Shown in pieces: positions 39,540 through 53,154 of a stretch of DNA of 64,000 nt. The stretch is taken from positions 38,936,001-39,000,000 of the forward strand of contig OX597826.1 in NCBI GenBank assembly GCA_951406725.2, written 5' to 3'. Numbering within the stretch: position 1 is the first letter of the stretch; the number at the start of each line of letters is the position of its first letter. The DNA is from Octopus vulgaris. Its lineage: Eukaryota. A program made the position numbers and the translations under genes. The notes below the pieces were generated by a model. It ran no database searches. It was not told where the DNA came from and saw nothing but the letters and a program-made list of their open reading frames with translations.

Positions 39540-39935
39540 ATCATCATCATCATTTAGCGTCTGCTTTCCTTGCTAGCATGGGTTGGACGGTTCAACTGGG
39601 GTCTGGGAAGCCAGAAGGCTGCATCAGGCCCAGTCTGATCTGGCAATGTTTCTACGGCTGGATGCCCTTCCTAACGCCAACCACTCCATAAGTGTAGTGG
39701 GTGCTTTTTACGTGCTGGACGGGGCTGGCAAACAGCCACGGTAGGACGGTGCTTTTTATGTGCCACCGGCACGGGGACTAGGTGAGGCTGGCAATGGCCA
39801 TGATTGGATGGTGCTTTTTATGTGCCACCGGCACAGAGGCCCATCGGGGCGGCGCTGGCAACGGCCACGTTCGGATGGTTTGCTTACATGCCACCAGCAC
39901 TGGTATCACAGCTACAATTTCCATTGATGTTGATC
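39540..39935 (-). mobile_element. RTE 3' end copy
   Basis: (CAT)n plus the reverse complement of the RTE tail, with ~60-bp units as at 29941-30367. Confidence 0.8.
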
Positions 39936-40507
39936 GATGTATATATATATATAGGTATGTGTATATATATCTATGTGTTTGTATATGTATGTATATATGT
40001 AATGTATATCTATGTATATATATATTATATATGTATGTATTTATATATATATGTATGTATATATATATATATGTGTGTGTGTATGTATATATATGTATTT
40101 ATATATATGTTTGTATATATATATATGTGTGTGTGTGTATGTATATATATGTATGTATTTATATATATGTTTGTATATATATATATGTGTGTGTGTGTAT
40201 GTATATATATGTATGTATTTATATATATGTTTGTATATATATATATGTGTATGTATATATGTGTGTGTTTATATGTGTGTATGTATATATAGATGTGTGT
40301 GTATGTGTATGTGTATATGTGTGTATATATATATATGTGTGTATTTGTATATGTGTGTATATATATATATGTATGTGTGTGTGTATATATATATGTTTTG
40401 TATATATAAATAAATGTCTGTTTATCAATGTAAAATTACTTCTAGTTGTGATGTCTTTTTATTTTGGTAGCTCTTCATCTCCGTTATCGGAATATATATA
40501 TATATTA

Positions 40508-40904
40508 GGTGCAGGAGTGGCTGTGTGATAAGAAGCTTGCTTCCCAACCACATGGTTGTGGGTTCAGTCGCACTGCCTGGCACCTTGGGCAAGTGTCTTC
40601 TTCTATAGACTCGGGTCGACCAAAGCCTTATGAGTGGATTTGGTAGACAGAAACTGAAAGAAGCCCGTCATATACATACATATATATATATATATGTGTG
40701 TGTGTGTCTGTGCTTGTCACCCCACTATTGCTTGAAAACTTATGTTGGTATGTTTACATCCCCGTAACTTAGTGGTTTGGCCTAAGAGACCGATAGAATA
40801 AGTACTAGGCTTACAAAGAACAAGTCCTGGGGTTGATTTGTTCAACTAAATGTGGTGCTCCAGCATGGCCACAATCAAATGACTGAAACAAATAAAAGAA
40901 AAGA

Positions 40905-40937
<33 letters not shown>

Positions 40938-41295
40938 CACATAGGTGTGGCTGTGGTAAAAAGCTTGCTTCTCAACCACATGGTTCTGGGCTCAGTCCCA
41001 CTGCATGAAACATTGGGCAAGTGTCTTCTGCCATAGCCTTGGGCTGACCAAAGCCTTGTGAGTGGATTTTGTCAATGGAAACTGAAAGAAGCCAGTTTGT
41101 GTGTTTGTTTATATGTTTATATCTATATGTATGTCTTTGTGTTTGTCCCCCACTACCAGACAACTGGTGTTGGTGTGTTTATGGTAGTTCTGCAAAAGAG
41201 AGTGATATAATAAGTCCTGGGGTCGATTTGCTTGACTAAAGGCAGTGCTCCAACATGGCCGCAGTCAGATGACTGAAACAAGTATAAAGAGTAAA
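40508..41295 (+). mobile_element. Two tandem copies of the tRNA/CORE-like SINE (about 40508-40900 and 40936-41295)
   Basis: GGAGTGGCTGTGTG...GGTTCAGTC...CACCTTGGGCAAGTG heads and GACTGAAACAA tails. Confidence 0.85.
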
Positions 41296-42504
41296 AAGTA
41301 TCATTATCATTTAACTTCTGTTTTACATGCTGGCATGGGGTGGATGGTTTTACAGGAGCTGGCTAGACTCCATACAGTCACACATTAGTTTCTTCTAGTG
41401 CTTCAATTCTGTTTATGTACATACATTTTACTTAATAGCTGACATTTAGCAATGGTTTCTGTCATTATTTTTTATGACATGAGTATGCTAGTTTATAATA
41501 AAACTGATGTCTTTGATGTATTGCATCCTTACCCTAAGCACTAAGTAGAATTCCGTGAATTCTTGAGTATTCAGATCACTCTGTCAAATGTTATGTTTAT
41601 TTATTCACATTGTTTTGAATTAATCCTGCATTATTTTGGAGCTTTGAGAAGTCGATGATGTGATTATTTTTCAGAATGACATTGTAGGGTATGTATGAGA
41701 GGCCAGATCTGGCCATAAAACAGATAGAATATTTTGGGCTGGATATGACTGGTTTAAAAAGGGTTAATTCATCATGTGGTTGAGCTTGCTTGGACATTTT
41801 TAACCAGAGGATCTACTGTCTTTGGTGAGTTGATCTACATATCTTGTATTTGGATGACCTGCTCAAGTATGGCCATGCTTTGGGATCCATAGCAGTAGGT
41901 CATTTGCCAGCTTTTGTTTAGCTCTCCTGCAATGTCCTGCGAAATGCAAGTGTCTTTCTCTTATGATTGTAGAAACAGGCAGGAGATATTCATGCTGACA
42001 TTTCTTGGTGGGATGAGTTCTCCAAGATATGTTTAAGACTGATGTAATGATAATGCTTGTCCGTCAGGTCCCCAGTTGTAGATATACATGTTAGCTGTGC
42101 ATATTCAATAAAGAGTCTCAGACAAAATTACAGGTTGCCCTTTGGCAAGTCATAGCACCTGTCAGCCACCTAGCCAGGGTCATGTTGTAATCCTGAAAAG
42201 AGCAGAAATGCCAATATCATTGGAATAGAGGATGGTAATAGGGAATGAAATACAAAAAAAAAAACTATTTTTGAATTTCTTCTCACTTTGCAGAGCAAAT
42301 TACACTTTTGTGAAACTTTGTCTGGGAAACTCACCAGTTTAACTTGCTCTACATTTGTCTATAGGACCTTTGATCATAGGCAAGGAATTAGTAATCAAAA
42401 GACATTTCATGACTTGCATTTCATTAAAACTAGGATATAATGTATTCTCTGTCAGGTTATTACCTATGGAAGGATTATTAATGAGGTTAGTATATTTTTG
42501 AAAC

Positions 42505-43417
42505 ATTGGCTATAACAGACATGTGTAGGCTTGAAAGAAATGAAGCCAGTATTCTTTGCTGGATGTGCAATGTCAGTGTGCATGTTTGACAGAGAAAAGT
42601 TAGGCATAAGGGGAACCAGATGTAGTGTGCAAGAGACATAACTGCACTGGTATGGATGAGGACAGCTGTGTAAAGAAGTGCTGATCTTTAACTGTGGACG
42701 GAACCTGTGGTAGAGGTAGACCCAGGAAGACATGAGACACAGTGGTGAAGCATGATCTTTGAACCTTGAACATCACAGAGGCAATGACTAGTGACTGAGA
42801 CCTTTGACGATGTACTCTGCTTAAGTGGACTCATCAAGCCGAGCATACCCATGCTGGTTGCACATAAGGAAATCAACCTTGAACGTTGGCATAGTGGCTG
42901 AGTTCTTTTGAGCGTTGGGACTAGGCCCAACAGAGGCAAAGTGGCTGAGATCCTTTCAAGCATTGGGCCTCATGGAGGCAAGTGGCTGAGTTCTTTTTGA
43001 GTGTTGGGCCTCACAGAAGCAAGGTGGCTGAGTTCCTTTTGAGTGTTGGGCTTCACAGAGGCAAGGTGGCTGAGTTCCTTTTGAGCATTGAGCCCCATGG
43101 GGGCAAAGTGGCCAAGTTCCTTTTGAGTGTTGGGTCTTACTGAGGCAGTGACCAAGACCTTTGACATTATGACCCATCAGGCTGTGCAAAATCACAGTCG
43201 TGGTAGATACCAGTGTCACACAAATGGCACCCGTGCCAGTGGCACATAAAAACACCCATTAAACTCTGAGTGGTTGGCATTAGGAAGGGCATCCAACTGT
43301 AGAAAACCATGCCAAATCAAACTGGAGCCTGGCACAGCCTTCCCGTGTGCCAGCCCAAGTCAAACCATTCAACCCAAGCCAGCATGGACAACAGACGTTA
43401 AATGATGATAATGATGA
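42505..43417 (+). mobile_element. Decayed RTE 3' fragment with ~39-bp minisatellite (about 42880-43150)
   Basis: RTE C-terminal remnants, about 7 units of GAGGCAAGGTGGCTGAGTTCCTTTTGAGTGTTGGGCCTCACA, and an RTE tail. Confidence 0.75.
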
Positions 43418-44541
43418 ATTAATGTATTAAAGATGCATATAGAAAAACAAGGTTACATTTACAAAATAGGTAAAAGTTTGTTTGGAGTGACAATAAGATT
43501 TTGAGGAAAATTTAGGGTAATTCTAGTTTGCTTAAATACAGGTCATTGACTGCATTTGTAGATATATGTAAAGTTTTTAAGGATAAATGTTTATACTCTT
43601 CCAACATTACAATAGATATTAAATTCAATTAGCCCTTCAAACTCTGGCTTTCATTTTATGCACAAGCAGTACTCTGTCTTAGTAAAAAAATATGAATATA
43701 CATTGACACATGTTTGAAATGCCGTTTGAAATCAGCATTATCAGTTTCATGAATATTGACTACAGTCCTCAAGATAAAGGATAATGTTATACATTCATTG
43801 GTGGTGGAGAATCTTTTGCTACCATATTTCTGTTGAAATACACTATTTTTGTTTCAATTAATTTTGAAAATAAGGAATTTAGTAAAATATCTGTCATTAT
43901 TAATCTAGACAAAATGCTTAGTGGCACTTCTTCTGGCTTTACATTTTGAGTTTAAATACCACTAAGGTTGACTTTGCTTTTCATTCATTTGGGGTCAATA
44001 AGTACCAGTTGAGCACTTAGCTCTTCACTTCAAAAATTTCAGGTCTTGTGACTATGGTAAAAAAAGAATTAAGTTTTTGTTTGGAACATAAATTAACATA
44101 GAATTTTGATGGAAGATTTTAATTTAGAAATTTAAAACTGAAAATTTGTATCTTAGAACTAGGGATGGTCTAACACAGGTTAAGGGATATTGCTTGGACT
44201 TATCACCATTTTAAGTGTGATCAGGGATTAAGAGATTTCGACCTTTTTTTAAATGATACTGATAATCACAAGTTCATACATTTACAGAGTAGGAATAGAG
44301 GTAACTGGATTGACCCTAGAATGATGAAATGTGAAATCACTCAAAGTGAGTTTTGAACTCAAAATATAGAAAGATGAAACTAAATACAGTGAGATTTAGT
44401 TCTGCATTCCTCCATTTTGTAATTTCTTAGTCAATACCTATATTTATATTGAGATTGCTTTTGTTTGCCCTTATTCTCATTGTCTAGTTTTCTATCAGAA
44501 ATTTGCTAGCCAGCATGTTGTTAGAGAGACACAAATGAATA

Positions 44542-44972
44542 GTTTAGTTTTCAGGTAGTTAAAACAGATCCTTTTTATTTTTGTTTATGAGAGGATTAAT
44601 AGCTGTACATTGTAACCTAGTAAAACTCTAGTGATTGTGATTATTTAAAGTTTGACAAAAGACAGTTTATTGCTGTTGTTGGAGTATTTCTTTCTTGGTA
44701 AGTAGACTAACAACCACTATTGGCTTTTTCTACTGTAACTTTTAATTCTATCTTGCAAGGCAATAAAATATAACAGACTAGATTGCCTAAATCTCTTAGT
44801 ATTTAGTTTAATTACTTGTTGTTGAATCTTGCTGGTCTCACTGCATTGTCGCCAAACTTTAAATAATCACAATCACTAGAGTTTTACTAGGTTACAATGT
44901 ACAGCTATTAATCCTCTCATAAACAAGAATAAAAAGGGTCTGTGATCTGTTTTAACTACCTGAAAACTAAAC
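44542..44972. repeat. Fold-back element with ~115-bp near-perfect inverted arms
   Basis: 44542-44655 is complementary to about 44855-44972, apart from a short insertion and a few mismatches. No clear TSD. Confidence 0.85.
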
Positions 44973-47900
44973 ATAACATTATTATTCCCTCTCATGAGCG
45001 TATTGGTCTAGTATCTCTGGTTGTCATGAAATTAAGCAGATGATGTCTTCCACTGGATTAGAAGCCTGTCTACTGTAAACCTTTATGGGTAGAATTGAAC
45101 TCTGTTTAACCAATTCTATAATGCTGTTAGTGTTAAAATGTAGCACTTATAGCAGCTAGTTGATATTGGGCTAATGAAAGATAAGTGTCAAGACCAGAGA
45201 TAAGGAATCTCTGAACTACCACTGAAATTTTGACTTCATCAAATTTGAAACTGCTTTGCTGAGTGTTTCGGGAAATGTTTGAGTCTTAAGACAGTAGTTT
45301 ATTACATTGCTTTCAACAATCTCTGATGATACTGAAAGCATTATTACTGTCTAATAAAACTAACATTAATTATAATTAATGTCACTGCTTAGTGTTATCA
45401 TGTATATACATATGAATTTGTAAGATTCCTAATTATCAGCACTGATGCACCTCTAGGTTTTTACTTGAAATTCACTCCTGGTATTAAAGTTCTCCACCCC
45501 TGAAAAAAATCATTGATACATAACAGCACTGTTGATTGCCTGGTGTTTTCAACTGACTAAAACATCTGTACTCTCCAGTTCTCTATTATATTAAGTGAGG
45601 TTATAGTTTACATGCTCTAAATTAGGGTGGTAGTAAGAGTTCCACAGCTGTTACAATGATCACATGCTTTTATGAGAACAAAAGTAAAACATGATTTACT
45701 CTAATGCAAAATATTTTATGAGTTTCATACTCACATATGAATCTTCTGTTGGCATCAATGATAAAAATTCCAATTATTCAACAAACTTCTGCTCACTGAA
45801 TTTTTCTGTAGGCACATATAACTTTAGTGTATAATACTCAGGCAAAATGTGCCTAACACAGTGTAATAAAAATAGATCCTTTGAATTACAGTTTATTCAG
45901 ATTACTTCCATACAGTTCCCATCTGTCCACTTTCACTCAGTAGGGTTGGGTTAACCTCATGCTAAAGTGTTATGTAGTGGAATCAAATCTGGGACCTTGT
46001 TATTGTGAAGTGACTTTTTTAACCACTTTGCCATCCCTTCATCCATTTCCACACACTTTGCACAGTCACACACATACACTCTCTCTCTCTCTTTCGTACA
46101 CATATATAAATTGGGTAGTTCTTAATTGAATCATTTGAATATTATTACAGCTAAGTAGTCTTAGTTCTAACAACTTAACCTTGAATTAAAGTCTGGTCTG
46201 AAACTAACAAGGTAAAGTTCTTTTGTTATAGTACAAGTGGAACATTCTGAAACCATTTTCACCTTATGTCCATTGAATCTTTGACATTCTTCCTATACTT
46301 AATGTAATGTTACCTGATTACTGTTTATAAAAACTGTCTTCTCTACATAGATGTGCAGGATTGGTTTAAAGCCTTATAGTTATGTCCATTCACCTACAGG
46401 ACCCTGTCCATGCACTCAATCTATTCCCATCATGCTTTCACTTACAATAGTTACATCTCTGAGTTACATTTTAGGACTGCCACACCTCATCTTTAACGCT
46501 GTCTCATCTGCTATCACCTATCAACCTTTCATATATGCTATTGTCACCCACCTCCCACCTTTGTCCTCTACAACTATGTACTTTTGATGTACTTCTGCTG
46601 CACCCATCTCTGTCCTGTACATATCTCTCTCTTTCTCTCATCCCCAATCTCTCACCACTTACATTTTTAAAATTTATCTACAGATTTATTATACTGCTGC
46701 TCTCTGCCCTTCCTGCATCACCACTTGTTATCCCCTTCCTGCATTTACATTAAATGAAATCTGCTGCTCAGCACATCAGTAATCATCGTGTGAACTTGAC
46801 TTTCAGTATCTCTCTACATATGTAGATTTAAGATTCTTCTATCCTCTTTCTGGGACAGTTTGTCTTGTGCACATTTACCAATACAAAAGCTATTCATTTA
46901 GTTTGCTATATCAAATATATACAAATGTACAAAATCGATTTAGTGTTGACCATGAAATGTTCTCCATTTTCCATCCCAGCTGGGCTAATTTAATCTTAAG
47001 CTTAAATTTAATGCTATTATTAAATGATCCTTTATTGAGCACTTCAGTGTAATAGTAAGCTCTCAGCAAGCTGAGTCTATAATCTGCTTCTTTTTTTCCT
47101 TCCACTTCTTGGTTGAAATCATTTCACATGGCTTTCCATCCCTTAATCTCATTTTGGAAAACTGTTATATTTTTCTTTTGAATTCACTCAATATGCTCAT
47201 GCTTTTATTTCTATTGACTTTATTAGGTACTGAATTCAATCAGCAATTTTCTACATGAGAATTCTTAGAATGAGATATGCTAGTAGCTACCAATAATTAT
47301 CACAAGTGCTTGATTTGTTACTTTATTCTCAATATGGATGTTTTGTTATGGATGTTTTTTTTTCCTTTTTTATCCTCTTCATTAAAAGTAATCTATGAGA
47401 TAATGTCTAAGCTGGTTTGTTATATCAAATCAGCAATACCAGTTGAATACACTAACATTTATAGCTCTGCTCCTCTATTCAATTGAATAAGGCCAGTTTT
47501 TGTTTCTTTGAATGATCCTAATTTGGATCTATTGATTTCTACTTGATGGAATGTAATTTTTTTTGTTCATTTTGTAATTTTCTTTGTAATGTTAAAAGGT
47601 TTTATATGTGTATTAGTTTGTGAGAGGATGTTTTTGTGGTAGTATCTGTAAACAGTTGGGTATTTGTAATGTGCATTATTTTGTGACTGCATCTTCGTGT
47701 GGTAGTAATATTATATATGGGTCTCTATTTTATTGTGCAGAGATGAAAATAGTCATATTTCATATTGGATTTCCTATTGTCATTTGCAAAAAGGGGTATT
47801 TGAACCCAGCACCCAAACTTAATATATTGAAGCTGCTACTTATAGACAACCGTGCTGTGCCCATAGTATTATCTCTAGGTAGATAAGTAGAATGAATGAT

Positions 47901-48849
47901 TGTCACTGAAGTGCCTTTCACATGCGGATAATGTAGTACAGTAGATTACATATGAATCATCAAAACAATTTCTTTGATGCTGTGGAGTGAATAGTGATAA
48001 GTCATAGATGTAACACAATCTTTTGTTGATACTTATTGATATCTAAATACTATTAAAAAGTAAGACAAAAATGAATATAAGCATGTGCGTGTTTTAAATG
48101 ACTTTTATCATGTTATCACAATGTAACTGATTCAGATCAAGTTGTTTGTTAACCAAATTTAACTTCAAAACTATTAGTCTAAAATATAAAACGTATGTTC
48201 CTTTTAAAAATATACAATCTATGAATTTACAATCTTCCAATTACTGTCGATAGAGAAAAGATGCTTTTTGTGATGCAAAAAGAGGAAGAGTGTAGTATTC
48301 GTTGTTTGTCATTTTTTTTAATGTACTTTTATCTTGATTTTTGTCCAAGTACAAGCATGACTGTAAAATACAGTGAAGAATTTAACTTTACAATCATTTG
48401 CATTTTGGGTTCAGTTCCCTGCATGAGCATGTGTATTTCTATTACAGTTCCAAACCAACCAAAGCTTTGTGAGTGGATTTGGTGGACAGAAAACAAAAAA
48501 AGCCCATCATATATGTACGTGTGTGCATGAATGTGTATGTGTGTGTGTGTGTGTGTGTGCACCTCTTTGTCTTGACATTGGGCAGTAATTATAAACATCA
48601 CCATCATACAAATGGTGTTGTTTTTGTTTGCAATCTTCTGGATGTCATCATTATGATTTTATTTAGATTTATGGAAATCTATTCGTAAAAGGTTTTTAAG
48701 TATTTAACTGGGCAGTTACTATGCATATTTGGCATTTACTTATTTCATTACCAATAATTCAAGTAGTAGAATGACGGAACTTGTAGAGCATTTGACAAAA
48801 TGGTTTGTGGTACTTTGGTGCCTTTCATTTTTCTTGATTTATCTTTTAT

Positions 48850-49053
48850 CTTTCACTTGTTTCAGTCATTTGACTGTGGCCATGCTGGAGCGCCGCGTTT
48901 TTTAGTTGAGCAAATCGACCCCAGTACTTATTCTATCAGTCTCTTTTGCCGAACCGCTAAGTTACGGGTACGTAAACACCAGCATTAGTTGTCAAGCAAT
49001 GTTGGGGGGGGGGGGGGACAAACACAGACACACAAACATATACACACACACGC

Positions 49054-49084
<31 letters not shown>

Positions 49085-49254
49085 CATACACGACGGGCTT
49101 CTTTCAGTTTCCGTCTACCAAATCCATTCACAAGGCTTTGGTCGGCTCAAGGCTATAGTAGAAAACACTTGCCCAAGGTGCCACGCAGTGGGAATGAACC
49201 CGGAACCATGTGGTTGGTAAGCAAGCTACTTACCATACAGCCACTCCTGCGCCT
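48850..49254 (-). mobile_element. tRNA/CORE-like SINE copy
   Basis: Collinear with 16420-16822. Confidence 0.85.
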
Positions 49255-49641
49255 ATTTGATAAAAATTAGTATCAGTCATACAGTAAAATTAATGACCCC
49301 CACTTCCTACCCAATCTATGGCTTTGTAATAATTTGTGTAGGTTTTTATTCTGCTCAATTGTTACATTGACTGCTAATATAACCTAATTCTTCATGTTCC
49401 AGGCTATTTACTTAATTACAACTAATTCTCAGCTATTTTACATCAAATCCTTCAATTAAACAGACATTTTAATAGCAATGCCTCATTGGTTACAAGTTTC
49501 CAACAGGTCAATCACTGGTTCCTTATACCTGACTGAATGATTTGGGCGTGTCTGTGCAACTTGGCTAGAACAAATGCCATACATGATATATTTGTTGAAA
49601 AGCATTTGTTTATTGGTTTTCTCGCTAATGTTTACCATTAA

Positions 49642-49861
49642 CCCTTTAGTGGTCTCATTATTCTGCCAAAATTAATTCTCTTTCATCCACATTGCTTGAA
49701 CTAATCAGGCATTATCTTGTATCTATGAGATTTTTATGAGGTAGCTGTTAATTTTTAAAACGACATTGTAGGGTTGGTCTGAGAGACCACATCTGGCCAG
49801 TTTGAACATAAAACAGACAGAATATTTTTGGTCGGATATGGCCGGTTTAAATGTTAAAGGG
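49642..49861. mobile_element. piggyBac-type MITE
   Basis: TTAA|CCCTTTAG ... TTAAAGGG|TTAA. Same family at about 41565-41763 and 52355-52726. Confidence 0.8.
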
Positions 49862-50951
49862 TTAAACATTGCTGAAATATATACGTATGCTCTTTCTTTT
49901 GCCTTAAGCATTATTTGTAAATCCAACTACATGTTTATAAGTACTAATTTCAACATCCAGAATTGGCAGAACACATTCACTTTGGTTGGTAATATAGTCA
50001 CATAGAAAGCAATATTTGTGGAATGTTCTCTTTGCTGTCTTAAGCATACTTGTGTCAGATAGATAGATATAATCAGAAAAGTAGAAAGACCAACTTGGTT
50101 TTGAAGGACAGTGAAAGCAGAGGTCAAGTAGTCAGAAGGGAAGCCAGACATCAAATATACTCAGCTAGGGGTGGAGCAGAAAGGGATAAATTTGCACAAG
50201 TTTTGTGATGTGAAAATCAGAGGATTGAAGTGTTCCCTATTGTAAGAGTGTATTTAAAAAAACTGATGTGTCCTAGGGTAAGAAGTATATATTTTCTCTA
50301 TCACAATTTGTAATACTTGCAGATAACCAATATTCCCTTTTACCATCACTTCTTATTATTCTGAATTCTGCACCCCGCCCCCCTCAATGATCCTATATTT
50401 AAAAGAGTGTATCAAACCATTGTCATCACTCTACCCATCTCTAGGACTATGTATAAGACTGCATCATACTATCTGTACCTGATACACACTAAAACCTATT
50501 TGTACTGCCACTCTCTCTCTCTCCCTCCCTCCCCTAGACATTTTCCATTTATCACCCTTTATCTACTCTTACTTTGTTCATACCTGAAATTGCTCATCAT
50601 TCTCTTTCTGAGTCCACCTTAATATCTTGAGACTTTGATTCTTATTCAAGTTGCAGAGCAGTAAACTTGTATCTGGGTCCATGTGATTGCAAAGCAAAAT
50701 TCTTCACCTCACAATTTAGCTGTCATTCCATAAGCTTAATAATAAATAAAATAAAACCCTGTCTCATAATTTTACTTTTTGACACCTGATGTCTAGAGAA
50801 TAAAATATAACTGTACAATTTGTTCATGATGCTGTCATTTTTCTTTAAATAAGAGAAATGTGTGTCAACTCGTAGCAGTGAAATTTATGAAAGCCTAACA
50901 TTGCTGGATTCTAACGACTTTGAATAAATAAAAAAGAATTTATCACGTATT

Positions 50952-51130
50952 TAATAATAATAATAATGAAATTATTGTATACAGTGCTCAGGTGCACCAC
51001 AACTTGTCAGAAAGTGCATATAAAGTACATGCAGTAATGTAAAAATGTCTGGAAAGCAAACAATGTATGAGTCAGATACATGCCTGTGTGTGTATGGAGG
51101 GGAGAAAATCAGGTGTAGTGTTGGCGAATT
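50952..51130 (-). mobile_element. 3' end of a CR1/L2-like LINE with (TTA)n tail
   Basis: Minus strand ends TGGTGCACCTGAGCACTGTATACAATAATTTC(ATT)n. Clade assignment is tentative. Confidence 0.45.
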
Positions 51131-52354
51131 TTTAAAATCTTCATAAAGGATTCAGTGAATTCTTTTCAGTGTGTGTGTAGGATAAGGGTCATTCAAAATT
51201 ATAACTCAACTGGCATAAGTGGTTAAGATAACATTGTTAGATTTAAATAATAATTTCTAACATTGGTACAAAGCTACTTATTTTGGTGGAGAATTAATGA
51301 AATTTATCCCTGGCAAATTTTGGTATTTTATCCCACCTCCAATGAAAACAAAGTAGACTTCAGCTAATTTTGACCTCATAAAATAAAGAACTGTGACTAA
51401 ATAGCTCAATGTTCCACCAAGTCAGTCAGCCTTACTATTCATTAGTTTAAGTATCAAGTCACTTGAGTTGGTTCTAATTTGGAGTGACTCTCCTCTTACA
51501 CATCTTACTTGAATGTTCTGTTTGTGGCATGATATCTACTATTAGATGTCTTTCCTAATACCAATTACTTCACAGAATGTATTGGATGTATTTTATCATG
51601 GTGCCCACACTAGAGGTTGTCTTGTTCTCTGCAAGACTAAACAGCTATCTTTACTTAACATTGTCTCTGTTTAAGACAAATATAACTGAATAGAGGAGAG
51701 AGAGAGAGAGTAAATTTGTTATGAGGTAAACCACGATTTGAATGAAAGGATGATAGGAGGGGTAGGAGTAATGAAGGAGATAGTGGTAGCAATATATTCG
51801 TTGTCAAGGAGATTGAATGTCAAAGTACCATGATAGGATAGCAGTAAAGATGTGTGATGGTAATAGGCAAAAATAAAGATGGGCAATAAGTAAATGTTAA
51901 AGCGAGGTGATATGAAGGAAAGAGATCGATGATTAACAGTAAAGAATGGTGATGGTCGAGAGTAGTGAATATAGATAGGTCTTATGGTGGTCTTCATTAC
52001 TTAGACATTATGATGGAAGTGAAGAGTAAACAGATAAGGAGAGAGGGTAAAATGATAGCAGAGGAGATTGAAAGTGAATAGACCAAATGATATAAGATGG
52101 CATAGTATAATGAGTAGGATAAGAGTGATATATGAGAGAGTACAACAAAGGGAATAGTAAATGGAGAGTTAATCTGAATATATTGGATGACTGGGCAAAA
52201 CTGTTATCTCAAGCTGAGTAACTTTAACAATATTGATATGATTTGATGAAATGATTCCAGATAGTTTTGATTATTGTTTTTTTTATAAATTAGCTATTAG
52301 TCAACCTGGATCATTACAAACAGTAGCAGTAGTGTTTGTAATGATCCAGGTTAA

Positions 52355-52726
52355 CCCTGTAGCATTCAGATTATCTCACAGCTTTGAGGTTTTAATGATG
52401 TGACAGTTTACTTTTGAATGACATTCTTGAGTAGGTCGGAGAGGCTGGATCTTGTCAGTTTGAACTTAAAACAGATAGAATTTTTGAGCCAGATATACCT
52501 GGTTTAACCCTTTAGTGTTCAGATTATTCTATCAAACATAATGCCTATTGATTCCCATTTATTTGAATTAATCATGCATTATCTCATATCTTCAAGAGCT
52601 TGATGGTGTAATTACTTAATATAGAATAACATTGTAGGATAGGTGTGCGAGCCTAGATCTGATCAGTTTGAACATAAAACAGATTAACTATTTTGGCCGG
52701 ATATGGCCGGTTTAAATACTAAAGGG
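52355..52726. mobile_element. Two adjacent piggyBac-type MITE copies (partial 52355-52503; complete 52508-52726)
   Basis: TTAA|CCCTGTAG and TTAA|CCCTTTAG...CTAAAGGG termini. Internal similarity to 49642-49861. Confidence 0.75.
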
Positions 52727-52941
52727 TTTAATTGGATGTGTTGTTTAGATTATTTTAAACTTGTATTAACATCTTGAAGTACCATCTCATGTTGATGATG
52801 TGCTAAGTTGAATTATCTAACTTACTTTTTTTTGTTTGAAATGTTTTATTTTTATGAAATTCTTTCATTTCTATTAGCTATTTTCATAAATATTTAACAT
52901 TTGTTTCTCTTTTCTTTTTCTTCCTACCAGAAACACCAAGT

Positions 52942-53154
52942 ATGTTTTTGAGAAAGAGTTTATTAATATTTCTATTACTTGCACTGTGTACCTCATTTGT
53001 GCGGGCAGTTGAAGGTGATAAAGATAATGATTATTTTACTGGAATCAAAGAAGGTGGGGACCTTGACGATGAAGCAGATGATGATATAGAGAAACATATA
53101 GAGGGTGATGTCTCTGAAGAGGAAGAAAAAGTTGAAGAACCACCTGTTGAAAGA
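52942..53154 (+). CDS. CANX: Calnexin exon (signal peptide and acidic N-terminus); exon begins at 52931
   Basis: Polypyrimidine tract and CAG acceptor at 52930. Encodes MFLRKSLLIFLLLALCTSFVRA...EEPPVER. GTAAGT donor, phase 0. Confidence 0.9.

Noticed and set aside
42880-43150. Regularly spaced repeats resembling a CRISPR array (also 3000-3240 and 30110-30365)
   Set aside because: They are degenerate head-to-tail units with no unique spacers, inside RTE 3' UTRs, in eukaryotic DNA with no cas genes.
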